NCBI GenBank assembly: GCA_002189035.1
Contig: NEEC01000011.1
Location: 2,232,001-2,296,000 of the forward strand
Length of the DNA: 64,000 nt
Direction of reading: 5' to 3'
From: Utricularia gibba
Taxonomy: Eukaryota > Plantae > Magnoliophyta
A model generated the notes under the pieces. That model was not told the origin of the DNA. It made no database searches and worked only from the letters and a program-made list of their open reading frames with translations. The position numbers and the translations under genes are program-made. Every line of letters starts with the position of its first letter. Positions within the stretch are counted from its first letter, which is position 1. Below, piece after piece: positions 24,280-39,103 of this stretch.

Positions 24280-25900
24280 CGCAATGTGCTCCCCGCATCT
24301 CCGAAGAGATAACCCATTTTAGATATTCCCACGAGAGAGTTCCCAGTTTGCCCTCACTCCCTTTCAGCCCAACCTCCAGGTACGATGAGGGTATGCTCGT
24401 AATTAGAACATAATTCATTCCCATGAGAATAATGCTTTTTAATTCATATATTTTAGATAAATACTCAATAATAATTCTCAATAAATTGATTTAAATAGAT
24501 ATATTTAACATATAATACAGTGCACATTAGGAATATTTTTTTATTGTGGAGTGAAAACACATCTGATGCATTAATATTTAATAATTTTTTTTCAATTATA
24601 AATTTTTAATAATGATGTTATTATTATGCAACACATTTAGAATTCATTTGTTAAGATATAAAAATTTATTCCATATTATATTTATCGTAATAATTCACAA
24701 AGAGTAATATTTAATATAATAGATAATTATAAAAATTAATATTAAATACGTGATAATAGTTTTTAAAATAATACTTTTTACAAACCGTATTCGTGTTTTT
24801 AAAATTTTTTATTTGTATGTACATTAACATTATTTATATTCAATATCAAACAAATTAAAGCATTCTAATGGCTGATTAGAAAATATTAATGACAATTAGA
24901 GAATGCAGGGGTGTGGTAAGTGGATGCTTCTCGGGTCCACGCCCGGGTCCCGTGCTCCTCCACCGCCAACCGCACGATCAAATCCATTGAAAACGCATCT
25001 GCACGCTCCCACTCGTCGCGTTCTCTGCACTCGCCTTTTGAGGGTAACCACGTGGTGACGCCGCGAGTGGGGCGTACGTGTCCGAGCCGCGATTCGCTTT
25101 TACCGGGCACGGTGAAACTGGGTGTCTGACGGGAGAAGACGTGCGGCAGCGGGTGTCTGGGGTTTTTTTGAAATAGGAGCAAAATTGAAGAGAATTCGTG
25201 GGAGAGAGAGTCGTGATCGAGGGAGGTTGTGGAATGTTTTTGGTCTCTATATATTTCCTCGTCCTCAATAATCATTATCTGATGCCTTGCCCCTCTGTCT
25301 TCTCTTCTTCCTCTTTCTGAACCCACCTAGGTACATCTCATGGTTGTTTCTTTGTCATTGGGAAACTCCTAATCTCTCGAATCCGCGGCCAAAGTGGTCA
25401 TCTTTCTTCATTTTCGATAAACCCCTTCAAATTCTTGGTTCATTCTGTACATAACTCTTGTAATATCGGATTGATAGCTTTGCGTTTGATTACTCCGCTA
25501 CTTCTTTCGTTGATAGGGTAGAGGTGGGTGCTGACTGTTGATTGAGATTCAGCCCACAAGGTGATACACAAACAAAAGAAGTTATTTTTTTTCTGGAATT
25601 TTGTTGTGTGTTTTCCTTATCGAAAACCTACCGAACGGGTAACTTGTATTTTGTATAGAGTAGTCTTCCGTTTGGGATTCTTTCGTGAGTTTATGGGTTT
25701 CTTGACCGGTGGCCAAATTCGCATGATTTGAACGTTTACTTGCCTAAAGTTTGGACTTCGGGTGAATAAAAGGGAAACAGAGGCACTGTTTAGCTAACCT
25801 TATTGATTCATGGATTCCGGGGAGACAGCAGTTTGGCTGTGAAAGGGCTGAGCAGTTCTTGCAGTTTGTGTTTTTTTATTTGGCGTGCGATCTTTTGGCT

Positions 25901-28900
25901 ATGGGAATGAGGAATGATGGCCAGAAAAGCGGTGACCGATCATTGGTGACTCGGTCTGGCCGAGTTAATACGGGGCTTATTCCACACTCTTTCAAGACTC
26001 TTTCGAGGATTGTTTCCTCTGGGGCATCCTCGGTCGCTTCTACCGTGCGGTCTGCTGCGTCTGCAGCTTCGGCTGTTATGGAGAGAGATGTGGAAACTCA
26101 TAATGAACAGGTGAAACAATGAAAGAATAATGTTTCTGCATTTCGTGTGTAATTTGGGACCAGCCTTTCTTCGATATTGCATCTCTATCTTGCTATTATT
26201 TTTGTTCAGTATTATTTCTCTCCGGTGTTGTTTGTCCAGCAGGTCCTTTTTATGCTTGTATATCTTGAAGGAAATTATCGCATGTGTATTAGTTATATCC
26301 AATCTTCTGTGCCAACGTTTAGTTGTTTCTACTTTCTAAAGTTTTGAATTTTCATATTGTGTACTTTCCAGATGATACACATGCTACTGTGTTGCTTTTT
26401 ATCAGCGCTTTAATGCTGTAATTGTTAATTTGATCTGAAATGCAGATATTTTATTCACTTGGCGTCTCTTATATAACTATTATTATGTTTTCAATGTCCT
26501 AACTGAAGGTTGTGTGGGCTGGGTTCGACAAACTAGAACTGGAAAGAGGTGTAACAAGGCATGTTCTGTTGCTGGGTTTCAACCATGGATTTCAGGTCTG
26601 GGATGTCGAAGCAGCAGACAAAGTGTGTAACATAGCCTCCAGGAGTGATTGTGCGGTCTCCTTCATGCAAATGCAACCAGCACCCTTGATTTCTACCAAA
26701 TCTGAGGACAAGTTTGCCCATAGCCGACCCTTGTTAATTATATGTGCGGATGCATCCGTTTCTGAAGATAATAGTTGCATTCAGGGAGGAACTGTTGCTC
26801 CTTGTAATGGTTCCATTGGACACTATAATGGGATCAATGGAAGTCATGCGCCTACTGTAGTTTGGTTTTATTCATTAAAGTCACAATCTTACATACATCT
26901 GTTGAGGTTTAGATCAGTTGTGCATTTAGTACGATGCAGTAGCCGTATTGTCTGTGTTTTGCAATCTGCTCAGGTATGAGAGATTTAAGTTATGAAATTC
27001 ACATTGTGACTCATTGTATATTTTGTTGCTTATTTTTGCCCTCTTACAATCCTTACACAGATTCATTGTCTGAATGCTGCTACGCTGGAGAGAGAATATA
27101 CTATCCTTACCAATATGGTAACACCTGGATATTGCAGATCTGTAAACATGGGATTAGGGCCACTTGCAGTGGGGCCTCGTTGGATGGCATACAGTGGAAG
27201 TCTGGTTGTCATGACAAACTCAGGGCGTGTAAGCCCGCAGCACCTCGCCCCTCCATGCAATTTCCCCCCTTCTGCACTGAATGGCAGCCTCGTTGCTCAT
27301 TATGCAAAAGAGACCAGCAGGCAGATAGCAGCGGGAATTGCTACTTTAGGGGATATAGGATGCAAGAAGTTGTTGAGATACTATTCTGGTTTCTTGCCTG
27401 ATGTCAAGGACCTTCAATCTGGAACTTCATTTGCTAAGATAAATGGGGTTTCGGGTGGACCTCCAGCAGACTCAGACAATGTGGGCATGGTATTATTCTC
27501 ACTGTCAAATATTTGTATGTAGCTAGTTTTACTTCAGCTTCTTTTTTATTCCAGTGGAATGTGCACTTTGGTGCTGCACCCACAAATGATTAATTCTTGT
27601 TGTATCGTAGGTTTTGTCGCTCTGTAGTTGCACCTCAATAGTTTCATGTTGATTTCCTGATGTTTCCCCCTTCATGTATCAGGTGATTGTCAGGGATGTC
27701 GTAAAGAAAACGGTGCTTGCACAATTTCGAGCACATTCAAGTCCTATTTCCGCTTTGTGCTTTGATTCAAGTGGCACACTTTTAGTTACAGCCTCAGTTA
27801 AAGGTCACAATATAAATGTCTTCCGGATAATGCCGGGGCAGTCTGAGGATTCCACTGGAACTCCAAGACCATCTCATATCCATCTTTATAGTCTACAGCG
27901 GGGTTTTACAGATGCTGTAAGGCTGCTTATTATGTTTACTGACTTTCTTTTGTGATTCTTACTGACGTTTTGCACGTTGCTTCTGCAGGTGATACAGGAT
28001 ATCAGTTTTAGTAGTGATAGCCAATGGATTATGGTAAGTACCTCGAGAGGAACAAGTCACCTTTTTCCCATTTCTCCATCAGGTGGAATGGTTAGTTTTC
28101 AGTCTTCCAATGCTTCTACTGACCGTAGAGGTAGTGGAACTTGCACTATGGCAAAGCCTGCTATTCGTGGGGCATCAAATTCTGGTCTGCAGGTGCTGAC
28201 TACACAGAATTTATGTGAATCCAGTTCACCCATCACCCTTTCAGCTGTTAGCCGAATAAGAACTGGAAGTGATGGATGGAGAAGCACTGTGAGTGAAGCT
28301 GCTGCAGCTGCAACGGGGCGTTTAAATTCTTTTTCTGGGGCAATTGCATCAGTGTTTCACAAATGCAAAGGCAGTGAGGTAGAATGCGAGATTAACTCTT
28401 TGAAGAAAAATTACTATCTTCTTGTCTTCTCGCCATCAGGATGTGTGATACAATATGCCTTGCTGTTTGCTTCTGCTTGTGATGATATTTTCCCGTCTCC
28501 TGGAGTTACTAATGCCAATGAACCAAGTCTCAGTTCTGATGGAAAACTGATGGTCGAGGCAATCCAGAAGTGGAATATTTTCCAGAAACAGAACCGCAAG
28601 GATCAAGGTGTTGGTAACGTGGACATGTATGGGGAGATTGATAGTTGTTTCAACGGCAGTGTATATTCGAGCAAGAAACATGATAATCACTTACCCTTCA
28701 ACTCCTACGGTTTAAATACTGAAGGAAAGGTCACCACTGAAGAAAAGCATCATATGTATATATCTGAAGTTGAACTTCAAATGCATCAAAACAATAACCC
28801 CCTTTGGTCGAGATCTGAGGTACTTTGTTATGACAAGGAAATTGACAATGTTCTTTCTATCACCAGGATGAACACAGTTTGTGGCTTACACATTTTAGTT

Positions 28901-29670
28901 TTCTTGTAGATATACTTTCAGTTGTTGCTGACTGATGGCTCTGATGAAGCCGAAGAAGCGTCTTCGGGTGGAGAAATTGAGATCGAAAAACTCCCCATCC
29001 GTACATTAGAAGCAAGGTCAAAAGAATTGATTCCAGTTTACAATTATCTACATACTTCAAAGTTTCATCAGGGGAGGTGTGTTCACAACAACTGCTTTCA
29101 AAGAAATTCTGTTTTTCTAGTATGCATATGCTTCAGATTTATAGCCGTATCCTGCATATATGCATGTTTTTTTCCATCAAATTTTTTTCATATCGGAGTT
29201 GATTTTATTTTTTAACAGAATGCAAAAAGGCTTTAGCCACATTAGCTGTTTTCATTGTTCTGTCACACTACTGCGTGTATGATCTGATGTCTTTAATGCA
29301 TCGCTGCATTTCAAGTTTCTATTTGCTTCTGTTCAGGGCCCCCATCAGAAATGGCAGCAAGCAAAGTGAACCATTCAAGCCTAACAGACTAGACATGTAT
29401 GGAAGCCACAAGCTTTCCCAAGGTTTGAGCAGGTCCAGTTCTCTCAACTCCACCTCCAATGGCTATTTAGACAACCACGCAGTGGACAATGTTTCTAGTC
29501 AGATTGGGCCTAACAGCGGGAGCGATGTAAATAGCACTAATGGTAACCCAGAGTCGGAGACTGTAAATACTAGGGAGGACTCTGGGATGGACAGCCAACT
29601 CACCTCTGTACATAATAAACATAGTCCAGATATCGAAACTAAGTTCAGGGAGGACAATGAGTTTGACTGA
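25901..29670 (+). CDS. ATG18F: Autophagy-related WD40/BCAS3-domain protein ATG18f-like, 7 exons
   Basis: Exons 25901-26110, 26509-26973, 27061-27489, 27683-27916, 27989-28819, 28910-29076, 29337-29670. Motifs VWAGFDKLE, GFQVWDVE, GPLAVGPRWMAY, QFRAHSSPISALCFD, LQRGFT, SRGTSHLF and EIEIEK..LEARSKELIPV. Confidence 0.92.
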
Positions 29671-30169
29671 GCAGTTGTCACTTCATGCCCGCCCCTTGAA
29701 AGTGTAAGCATTTCAAGCCTTGTGCTTCCCTCCCCTTGTTAGCAGTGCGTTTGTTGTCTTCAGCCGTATAAGTTTGTATAGAACTAACTTCTGGTTTACT
29801 AACTGGTGCAATGCAGGTTTCCGGTGCTTTTGTTTTTACAGGTGTGTTGGGTTGCATAATGTGGAGGACAGGGGCAGTCAAGAAAACCAGTGTCCTGTGG
29901 CTAACTGTGTGCAACTGTCTGTCCGCACTCTTTGCTACTTTGTGAATGAAGTGATCCTGTATATCTAAAGCATTGTGTACTGAGTGTTACCTACAGAGTA
30001 CTCGGACCTGAATCAAAATTAACAAATCAAAGAGCAGCCAAATTCACTTGTAACTGCATTTCACAATCAAATGCTGTTGCTCTGTTTTAGATGGTGAGTG
30101 TTACAAACAGAAAGGCTTTTTTTACCCCGGAAGCTGCTAGACATGGCCGTGAATGAGTTTGTGTTTAAA

Positions 30170-33100
30170 TCATCCCATGCTCAAGCGAGAGTTGTCGAAT
30201 GCCCTCAAACTGGTTTGCCGCCTTGGTATGCCGATCTCGCAAGCATTTACTCTTGCTGCAAACCTCAGTGAACACAGTGATTCACCGACTGATGAAGGAT
30301 TTGGCGAGATGTTCACAAACATCAGCGTTTTCGAGTCACCACCTAAGCATGGCTGAAACCAAACAACATGAGGTCCGATGTTGTCTGTGGGATATGTTGT
30401 GTGAATCATTCTTTTACCTGGAGAAGATAGGTTAGTTTTGAGTTCCTGAAGGGGATATGCTCATCTTTCTTAGCCAAGGCAAAGATGACATCGGCCAAAG
30501 AGGACAGGCTCCTATTGATAGCCTGAACAAACAATTAGACAAAGCAATATGAGCTTATTGGGATGCCATGTGGGAGGAAAGGATCTTGGAGCCGGGAAAA
30601 AAACTTCGGAGGGATACCTGAGTTTCTTTCAGCCTGTCACCTGTCGATCCACTTTTAGAGAGACGTTCACTGCCAGCTAGGTCGATCAAGTTCAATACAC
30701 CTTGAACTTGTTGGTCGGTACTCTGAAATTATGACCGGGCAAATGCCAGCCGGATGCAAGAAATGGAATCAGATTGTCTATCTACTGAAGGAACAGTACC
30801 TCATTAACGCCTGTGATCCTCAGGGTGAAAACAAAATGGCTCCTTGAAGATTGCTCATTCATCTGAGTCTTTCCAACGGACCTCCATGAAAGCATTTGGA
30901 AGCAACAAAAACATGAGATCATTCTACTTGGCAATGGAAAGCAAGTTTGAAAAATAGAACCAGCCCTTGTCGATGTACTTTCAGTTTTGATTACTATTAT
31001 CAACCGCAGAACTCGTACACCCTTTATAATCTCCATTCTTGTTCTGCAATCTCCATTAATTTTTCCACAATGATTTAGGTATACATCTAGTTTGGTACCT
31101 GCATTGTGCTGCCCGCTCCAATAGATATGAGACCTCCTTGCTGCTCCGGACATTCAAAATGGTGAGATCGGAGACATGAGTATTTCCATTAGCATCATGC
31201 TTTATAGAATACTGCTTTCCATCGATACTTGACTTGCTAGGTACTAACAGATCTCGTATTGTCTCATTGTATATCTCCAACATTGACACCTGTAAATGGT
31301 GACGAGCAGCTTTAAACAGTGAGATTGATAGTGAAACAAGACAAGGCATACCTGCATTTCGTACTTCCATCCTTCACCTTCAAGAATTTGTTTCGACTCA
31401 AAGACTTGTTCCAGTGACCTGGGAATCAAGCCTTTTTGATCTGATGGCAATGGTTTGCCCATCATCGTGTACGTCTTACCAGAACCTGTTTGGCCATACG
31501 CAAAGATGGAAACCTGATAAAATTTCCACTTAGATCAGTACGCTTGTTGATAAGATGGCCTTGCTGGAATGCATTACAGAATTTGATTTTTCATCCAACA
31601 GGAAATACTCCTGATTTTTAGATTTCAAGCACATTTGGAAACGGTGTTAACAACCCTTTCAAATAAAGAGCAAACAACACTGGATTCTTTTAGGAAATAA
31701 TGATAACCTTATATCCATCCAGTGCACTCTGAACGAGCTGTGATATCTCCACGAACACACCCTCTTGAGATTCATCGGGCACAAAAACCTTATCAAAAGT
31801 GAAAGAGTGCTTTTGCCCTGAACAAAAAAACATCAATCAGCAGCCAGAAATACATATTTCTTATAAAATTTAAGAGTACATGACATTGTCATGCTGTGAT
31901 AGAACACTTACCATTTTGAATCAAGTCGATGCCTCGACCAAGTAATTCTGTCGACTTTGGGAACGAAACAACTTTAGAATCAGTCCCATCTCGATCTTCA
32001 GACAGCAAGGGTCTCACCCTACAAAACACCCTAATGTTTCCCTTCAACTCCTGCACAAGTATCCAGTATAAAAAAAACGAAGAAAGAAAGAATCAGATTC
32101 ATTTTTTCTTCAAAAGAAACATAAAAAGAATTTTCATCAGATGGCCATTTTGAAATTCAGATGCAAGTTTTACCAGGATTGTGTTATGTAATTTCTTCCG
32201 AAGCTTTTCTCCCTCAGAAAGTTTAAAATCTGCTTCAGCTAGGCGGTTTCTTAATTCCAGGACCAGCGCTTGCTGCTCTTCAAACTGAAATCGTGTTTCA
32301 GTGACTGAGACATCCGACAGCTGATGGAGAGAGCACAGTAAGCAGAAAGTATTTCTATATACATTAAATAAAAACAGACAACTTGTTATTGAAATCAATA
32401 ACCTGCAATTTCAACTCGGCAGCAGCAAGTTTTTCTGTTAACCTTCGTATTAGCTCATCTTGAGATGCACACCTTGACTATAGAAAGGGAAAAATAAATT
32501 TAATAAAGAAAGATGTGACTTTATAAGAAAGCCCTTTGAGAAACAAACCTCCAGTTCATTTGATTTGGCAGTCCGGTGATCTAAATCAGAAGTCTTTTTT
32601 CCCAGGCAGTCTTTGTATTTCGATACTTCTGATGACAAAATTTGAACTTGCAACAGCTGTTGATCACGATCATCTCTTACTTGTTGCATATCACCTCTTA
32701 TGGAAGCAACTTCTTTGCGAAGTGCTTCCTTCTCTCTAATCACCTCTTCCCGCATGTCCTTACATGTATAAAATGCATAAATGTAAACTTTTAATGGAAT
32801 CATTGGAGAGATGAGGATGTTTAAAGCAATATTTAGTACAAAATGATGATTATAATAGACGCGTACTTGCGATGAAGTCAGTTGGTCTTGTAAAGATCTC
32901 TTTTCCCCCCTTGCAGTGCATAAGTTTTCCAAAATAGAAGCTTTTTCTTTTTCGACACGCTGCAGCGTCTCATCTTTCGCATTCAAATCTGACTGAAGCT
33001 TGCTATTATATTGCTGTAAGCTTGTGCTGTACTCTTGCAGGCGCTTATTCATGTCATTAATGGAGTTCAGCTGCAGATGGGAAAAAACAGCTCCTATCAT

Positions 33101-34296
33101 TCATTTCTAGTAGGGAATTGCTTAAACGCATGCATGTGCTCGCACTCACATAGAATAGATAATCTCTATTACCTTCTGGTTGGCACTAGAAGCATCTTCC
33201 TGAGTCCGCCTGAGCTCATCTGAAATGGACGCTTGCAGTCTTTCTGCCGCAAGCCTGGATTCTTTCTCTTTACCAAATAAATCTAGTGCTTCCTACGAAT
33301 GGGTGAGTATTTCTTTGATCTGAAAACTACATAGGCAAAGACTTTCACATTATGATCCAATGGAACATACCAGTTTTTCTAGTTCCTCCTTTTTAGCAGT
33401 CTCTTGCGAGGCTTTCAAGTTCTTTTTAAGCTCAATTATAACTGAGTTCAGCTCATCCACCTTGAACTTCATCGCTTTCTCTGAATGAACATTTACAAAA
33501 TACCGAGAATGCAAAACATTCTAGCAGAGGTTATACGTAAAGAACATGGGACAAACATTACCAGTATCGTCACACTTCTTTTCTGCAAATTCTAACAGAT
33601 TCTTTAATTTCTCCTGTTCCAAAATGTAGATTCTTTCACGCTGTTGAAACCATTTTATGCAGATTCTGAGCCGTCTTATGGACCCAGCCATTTTTTCACT
33701 GTTCTCCTGCAAAAACACAACGCAATGCAAAATGTCATCCGTTCCAGCTGAATGGGTTGCCTAAAAACATAAAATCTAATCAGGGTATACTCTATGAATC
33801 TAAATCTTTACGAACACACCTTATGGTTAAACTTGGTGGTTTTCAACTTTTCATTAAGTAGTGCTTCAATGCCCTCGGCAGTGAACTCCATGGCAACACA
33901 ATCAGAAGCAGAATTGCCACCGCTACTCTGAGAGTCGTCTTGACCCCTATTAACTACTGACAATACCTGTCTCCCTTGTGCTTTCGTTGGAGGCATTCTA
34001 CCGCTCCCGATTTTTCTCTTCTTCTCTCCAGCAACCTCATCAACCTCCAGCTTGTTCTGTAAAAAGGTAAAATCCAACATTAGATACAGCAATCAAAAGG
34101 AACAGCCAAGAATAATTCCTTCCATTACAACATATATACGCGAATAACTACACAAGACAACAGCCATCAGCAAATCAAGCATCAAAGCAATTTAAAATCG
34201 AACTTTTTGACACCTAGAAACTAGATGCATCAAAACCAGAAACTTGCACACCTGAGACCCACTAGGAACAGCCTTGATTGTCTTCCTGGAAGCCAT
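30170..34296 (-). CDS. Kinesin-14, C-terminal motor (ATK1/ATK5/KATB/KATC family), multi-exon
   Basis: Starts [15 protein letters not shown], then a coiled-coil stalk ([18 protein letters not shown]), neck [25 protein letters not shown]-loop [15 protein letters not shown] and DLAGSE. Ends [36 protein letters not shown]. Confidence 0.95.
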
Positions 34297-35103
34297 AGAA
34301 GTGAACCAAGTTTTACGTAGAAGGGGTGCTGGAGGGGTTACTGGTGAGACCAGCTTTTAATACAAAGGAAGCTAAAACATAAACATAAGTCCATTTTTGC
34401 CTTGAACTGCAGGATCAACGACGACGACAGGAATCACCAAACCATGAAAGTGAATCAAAAAACAATATGTGCTTCGTAGTGTGAGAACGACGAATTAAAA
34501 AAAAAACTATTATCCGATCGAAAAAAATCTACAACTTTCACACTCAAAACAACCGCTCAGAGATTCAACTGGGGCGAGAAATGAGCCTGGACATCGAAGG
34601 AGAAGGAAGGAGGGAGGGAGGGAGGGAGGGTTTTCAAAATTTTTTGCCACCTACCCGTTCGGAGACAGAAATTTCCGGTTCAGTCCGGTCCACGCATCAA
34701 TTGACGTTTTCACCCCCGCAATCCTCCCAAAACTACACACTTAACCGCCTAGTCTCGGAATTTCGCATTTTCATCTAATTTAAATATAATAGCAATTAAA
34801 AAAAATACTGTAGAGGTAGTAGACAAGTACTCGGCCTTGTAATAATGTTGCTGCTTATTACCTACAAAAAGAAACTATTATAGCAAAAAAAAAAAAAGAT
34901 GAAAATAGAAACCTGCAAAATCGCCATGCACAGGATTGGTATCTCCAACCCAGAGCGTGTTTTTGATTCGATTCTTCCAGGAAAGCTTCTAAGAGTTTCG
35001 CGTCTGGGCTGCGATCCTTGAGAATTCGAGTTTGTTGCGATCTTCCTGATGGATTGATGAATTGTGGCGTCGTGGGTGATTATGTCCGGGGGACGCATGG
35101 GGG

Positions 35104-38100
35104 ATGAGGGTTTCGATGGGTAGAATTATGGGAGGAAATCGCCATTGCATGATTCTTGTTTTTCTGCATTTGTGTGCGGCGGTCATCGGCGTTGAAGGCA
35201 ATGGAGAAGAAGAAGAAGAATCTCTGCTTGCTTGTTTGGTTCATTCTGGAGTCATGAATGAGAAGATGGTATAAGGCTTTTTCTATTCACACGAGCTTCT
35301 CATCTTTGTTCTTGTCCCTGCTATTCATGTAAAACTGCAGCATTTCTGTGTATACTGGTGGTTTCCTTCCTGGTGAAGCTGATCATTTCACCTCTCCGCA
35401 GGCCCAGGTTCTGAAAACCGACTGCAGGGTTGAGCTACTGCGATTCAAGCGTGACTTGGAATCGCATTCTTATCTGCCAAGTTGGTGCGGAGGAGCTTCG
35501 AATGGAAGGTCGCTGCATAGGGACAGGGACGACGGTTCCGATGCTTTGTGTGCTCATGTCAAGAAAATTCTTCTCAAGTGTACACGGGACAGAAATCTCA
35601 TGCTCCCAGCTGCAGAAGATGGCGGATACATGGGGCATTCACTGCCCCAGCATTTCAGTTCTAGGGTTCATGAGTTATATGAAACATCTGCAAAGAAATC
35701 TGGAAAGAAATCCAGTGGGAAGCATCAGAAAAACACGGGGCAATCACCAAATTTGCTTATCCCGATCGCTGTAACAGCATCTGTTACAGGTGGGCTTGTT
35801 GTGATCCTCTGTTGGTGCTGCTTGCGTGGATCTGCACAAGGAAAATGTGATGACAAACCCCTTCTGAGCTTAAGCTCGAGTGGCAACTCAACAGGTATAT
35901 TGTTCTCCTCTGTGTTGTTGTAGATTTTCATATGAGTTCACGTGGTTCTGTGTTCTTACGTTGTAGCCTCTTCACTGAAGTCATCCAGTCAGAGAAATTC
36001 AATGAAATCCGAGAAGCATGGCGGTTTGTCTTTCAGAAGCAAAATCAGCTACAGTGGGAGGTTCAGTTTGGATCCAGATCCTCCCGAGAGTTCAAAGATA
36101 GACATCTCTCAAGGAACCACCGCTGAGGCTACTGCAAAACCTGTCCAGGATCAGGATTCCTTGGAAATACTGCCTCCGATCGTTGTTTTACATGGTCTGC
36201 CGCCATTAAAGCCACCTCCTGGTAGAGTTCGTGTGCCTCCTCCCCCTAAGGTGGCAGCTCCGCCGGCACCTTCTGTGCCTGCTCCACTCATTAGGCCTCC
36301 CCTAGTGTGCCGCCGCCACCGCCTCGTCCTCCTGGACCGCCACCGCCAGTTCATGGTGTTCCTCCTCCAAGACCACCTCCACCACCTCCAGTTCACGGTG
36401 TTCATCCACCACGCCCACCTCCACCACCTCCAGTTCGTGGCGTCCCTCCTCCACGACCACCTTCAATTCGTGGCGTTCCTCCTCCACGCCCGCCTCCTCC
36501 AATGGGCTCAAGACCCAAGTCCACATTATCCGGAGCGAAGAACTCATTGGATTCTTGTGCAGCTGAAGAGAGTGATGGTGGTGGTTCTAAAACCAAGCTG
36601 AAACCGTTCTTCTGGGAAAAGGTTTCAGCTGAACCTGATGATGCAATGGTCTGGAAACAGCTAAAAGGTGGATCATTCCAGTAAGTCTTCCGACATCATT
36701 TTTCAAAAGGGATCACCACCGTGTTTTCTGATAACTTGACTTTGTGATCAGATTCAATGAGGAGATGATTGAAAGCCTGTTTGGCTATACTGCTCCTGGG
36801 AAAACTAACAAGGGTCCACCAGATGTATCTTCATCCAAAAGCTCTTCAAATCAAACCATTCAAATTATCAATCCCAAGAAGGCGCAGAATCTCTCCATTC
36901 TGCTCAAGGCATTAAATGTAACTACTGAAGAAGTTCGTGATGCTCTTGAAGAAGGTCATTTTCTTCTCCTTATTTCCCTAGAGCATGAATGGAATAGCAG
37001 CAGCTATCATCTGAAAGAGCTTATAATCATTTCTCATGAATCAGGTAACGAGCTTCCACATGAATTTATTCAGAATCTGATAAGAATGGCGCCCACAACA
37101 GATGAAGAACTAAAATTACGACTCTACAATGGCAGCTTATCTCTGCTCGGTCCAGCAGAACGCTTTCTAAAAGAATTGGTGGAGATCCCATATTCGATTA
37201 AGAGGCTGGAATCTTTGCTCTTCATGGGCACTCTTCAGGACGAAGCATCAATCCTGAAGGGGTCATTGAGGACACTAGAGGTGAATGGAATGAATCATAA
37301 CCAATATCCACATCAACTGCCATGTCATCTCAGTGATATGCTGCAATGCTTAGCTTTCTATGCATTTTCTGAGTTATGCTGTAAAATATACCTGCAGGCT
37401 GCTTGCACTGAATTGAGGAAAAGCAGGCTATTCCTCAAACTTCTTGAAGCAGTTCTTAAAACTGGAAACAGGATGAATGATGGAACATTCCGTGGTCGAG
37501 CCCAAGCTTTCAAGCTGGATACACTACTAAAATTAGCAGATGTCAAGGGAGTAGATGGGAAAACAACACTTCTGCACTTTGTTGTTCAAGAAGTAATCCG
37601 CACAGAAGGTCTGCGAGCGGCAAGGGCCGCCAGAGAAATGAGGAGCTTGTCCAGCTTCAAGTCCGAGGACCTTTCCTTAGATTCTACACATGAATCTGAA
37701 GAAGACTTAAGAACCCTCGGTCTCCAAGTTGTCTCAAGCCTGGGTACTGATCTCGAGAACGTCAGGAAAGCCGCAGCCATCGACGCTGATAGCGTGATGG
37801 GGATTGTTGCCAAGCTAGACCACAACATCAGGAAGGCCAAGGATTTTCTAGCCACCGACATGTCAAATATCCCAGAAGACAATGGTTTCCACCGAGCATT
37901 AAGGAGCTTTTTGCAGAGCGCTGAACGTGATGTTCGCTGGATGCTCGATGAAGAGAAGCGAGTGACCGCCTTGGTCAAGAGCACGGCCGATTACTTCCAC
38001 GGCAACGCCGGGAAAGACGAGGGGCTCAGGCTGTTCACCATTGTTCGTGATTTCCTCATCATGTTGGACAAAGTATGCAAGGAAGTGAAAAACTCACCAA

Positions 38101-38252
38101 GCAAATCCACGCCGAAAAAAGGGCAGCCTGAAAACAGCAGCCCCGGTCCTAAGCCGAAGGTCCCGAATGATCTCCGGCAGAAGCTGGCGCCCGCATTCGC
38201 TGAAATGAGAAGGAATGATTCAAGTTCAGATGATGATGATTCAGATAGTTAG
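35104..38252 (+). CDS. FH5: Class I (type Ic) formin, FH5-like; one C-run frameshift, likely an error
   Basis: Exons 35104-35268, 35402-35894, 35967-36680, 36752-36954, 37045-37280, 37398-38252. Signal peptide, TM helix (LLIPIAVTASVTGGLVVILCWCCL), Pro-rich FH1, and FH2 with KLKPFFW, GNRMNDGTFRG.AQAFKLDTLLKLADVKG. One extra C at 36299-36302 restores the frame. Confidence 0.92.
36325..36500 (+). repeat. Four ~39-bp tandem repeats encoding the formin FH1 unit PPPPPPV(H/R)GVPPPR
   Basis: CCAGTTCATGGTGTTCCTCCTCCAAGACCACC / CCAGTTCACGGTGTTCATCCACCACGCCCACC / CCAGTTCGTGGCGTCCCTCCTCCACGACCACC / ATTCGTGGCGTTCCTCCTCCACGCCC. Confidence 0.85.
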
Positions 38253-38537
38253 GCGTATAGAACAGTTATTGAGCTTCTCTATGCACACAGCGAAGCTTCT
38301 TTTGGAAGCCAAAAACAGATCAGTGACTAGACAGGTACAAGGCAACGTTTAAAATTCAATTCATTTTTACAACTAATTTAAAAAATGAAAAACACTAAAT
38401 TCATGTAAGTCCGCATTTGCATTGGAGTGAATTTGATTTCATAAACATTTATGCACAAATTCTGTCATCTACTAAACTAAGAACAATTTCGAAGCACAAC
38501 AGACGAGTGGATCCATCCCTAGCGCATCCAACACTAT

Positions 38538-39103
38538 CTAATCCTCGTCCGCCGTAGGCTTTGAGGAACCTCCAGCTTTCTTGGGAAGCAGAAGATTGTG
38601 AATGTTCGGCATCACTCCGCCATTCGCAATTGTGACGTCACCGAGAAGTTTGCTCAATTCCTCATCGTTCCTCACCGCCAATTGGATATGCCTCGGAACG
38701 ATCCTTGTTTTCTTGTTGTCTCGGGCGGCGTTTCCAGCCAGTTCAAGGACCTGCATCGGTCGAAAATCCAAATCAGAAAAAGAAAAAATCGAGGAGCATG
38801 AAATGCATCCGAATTGAATTGAAACGGATCCAGGATCATTCTCACGAAAACCTAAATCGTAACGTCTACAAATAGGAACAAGTAAGCGAAATTTTCACCG
38901 AAATGCGAAACTACCTCAGCAGCAAGGTACTCGAGAACAGCAGCGAGATACACCGGTGCTCCTGCGCCGACACGCTCAGCGTACTTTCCGGCTTTGAGAA
39001 AGCGAGCGATACGACCGACGGGGAACTGGAGACCGGCCTTGCTGCTCCTCGACTGCGCCTTCTTTGACGCACCGGATCCCAGAGACTTTCCACGGCCAGC
39101 CAT
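38538..39103 (-). CDS. HTA1: Canonical histone H2A (HTA1/HTA2 type), 2 exons
   Basis: Exons 39103-38915 and 38750-38538. [23 protein letters not shown]|[26 protein letters not shown]. No SQ or KSPK tail, so it is not H2A.X or H2A.W. Confidence 0.97.

Noticed and set aside
36299-36302. Frameshift at the start of the formin FH1 domain
   Set aside because: One missing C in a C-run, and all other exons and splice sites are intact.
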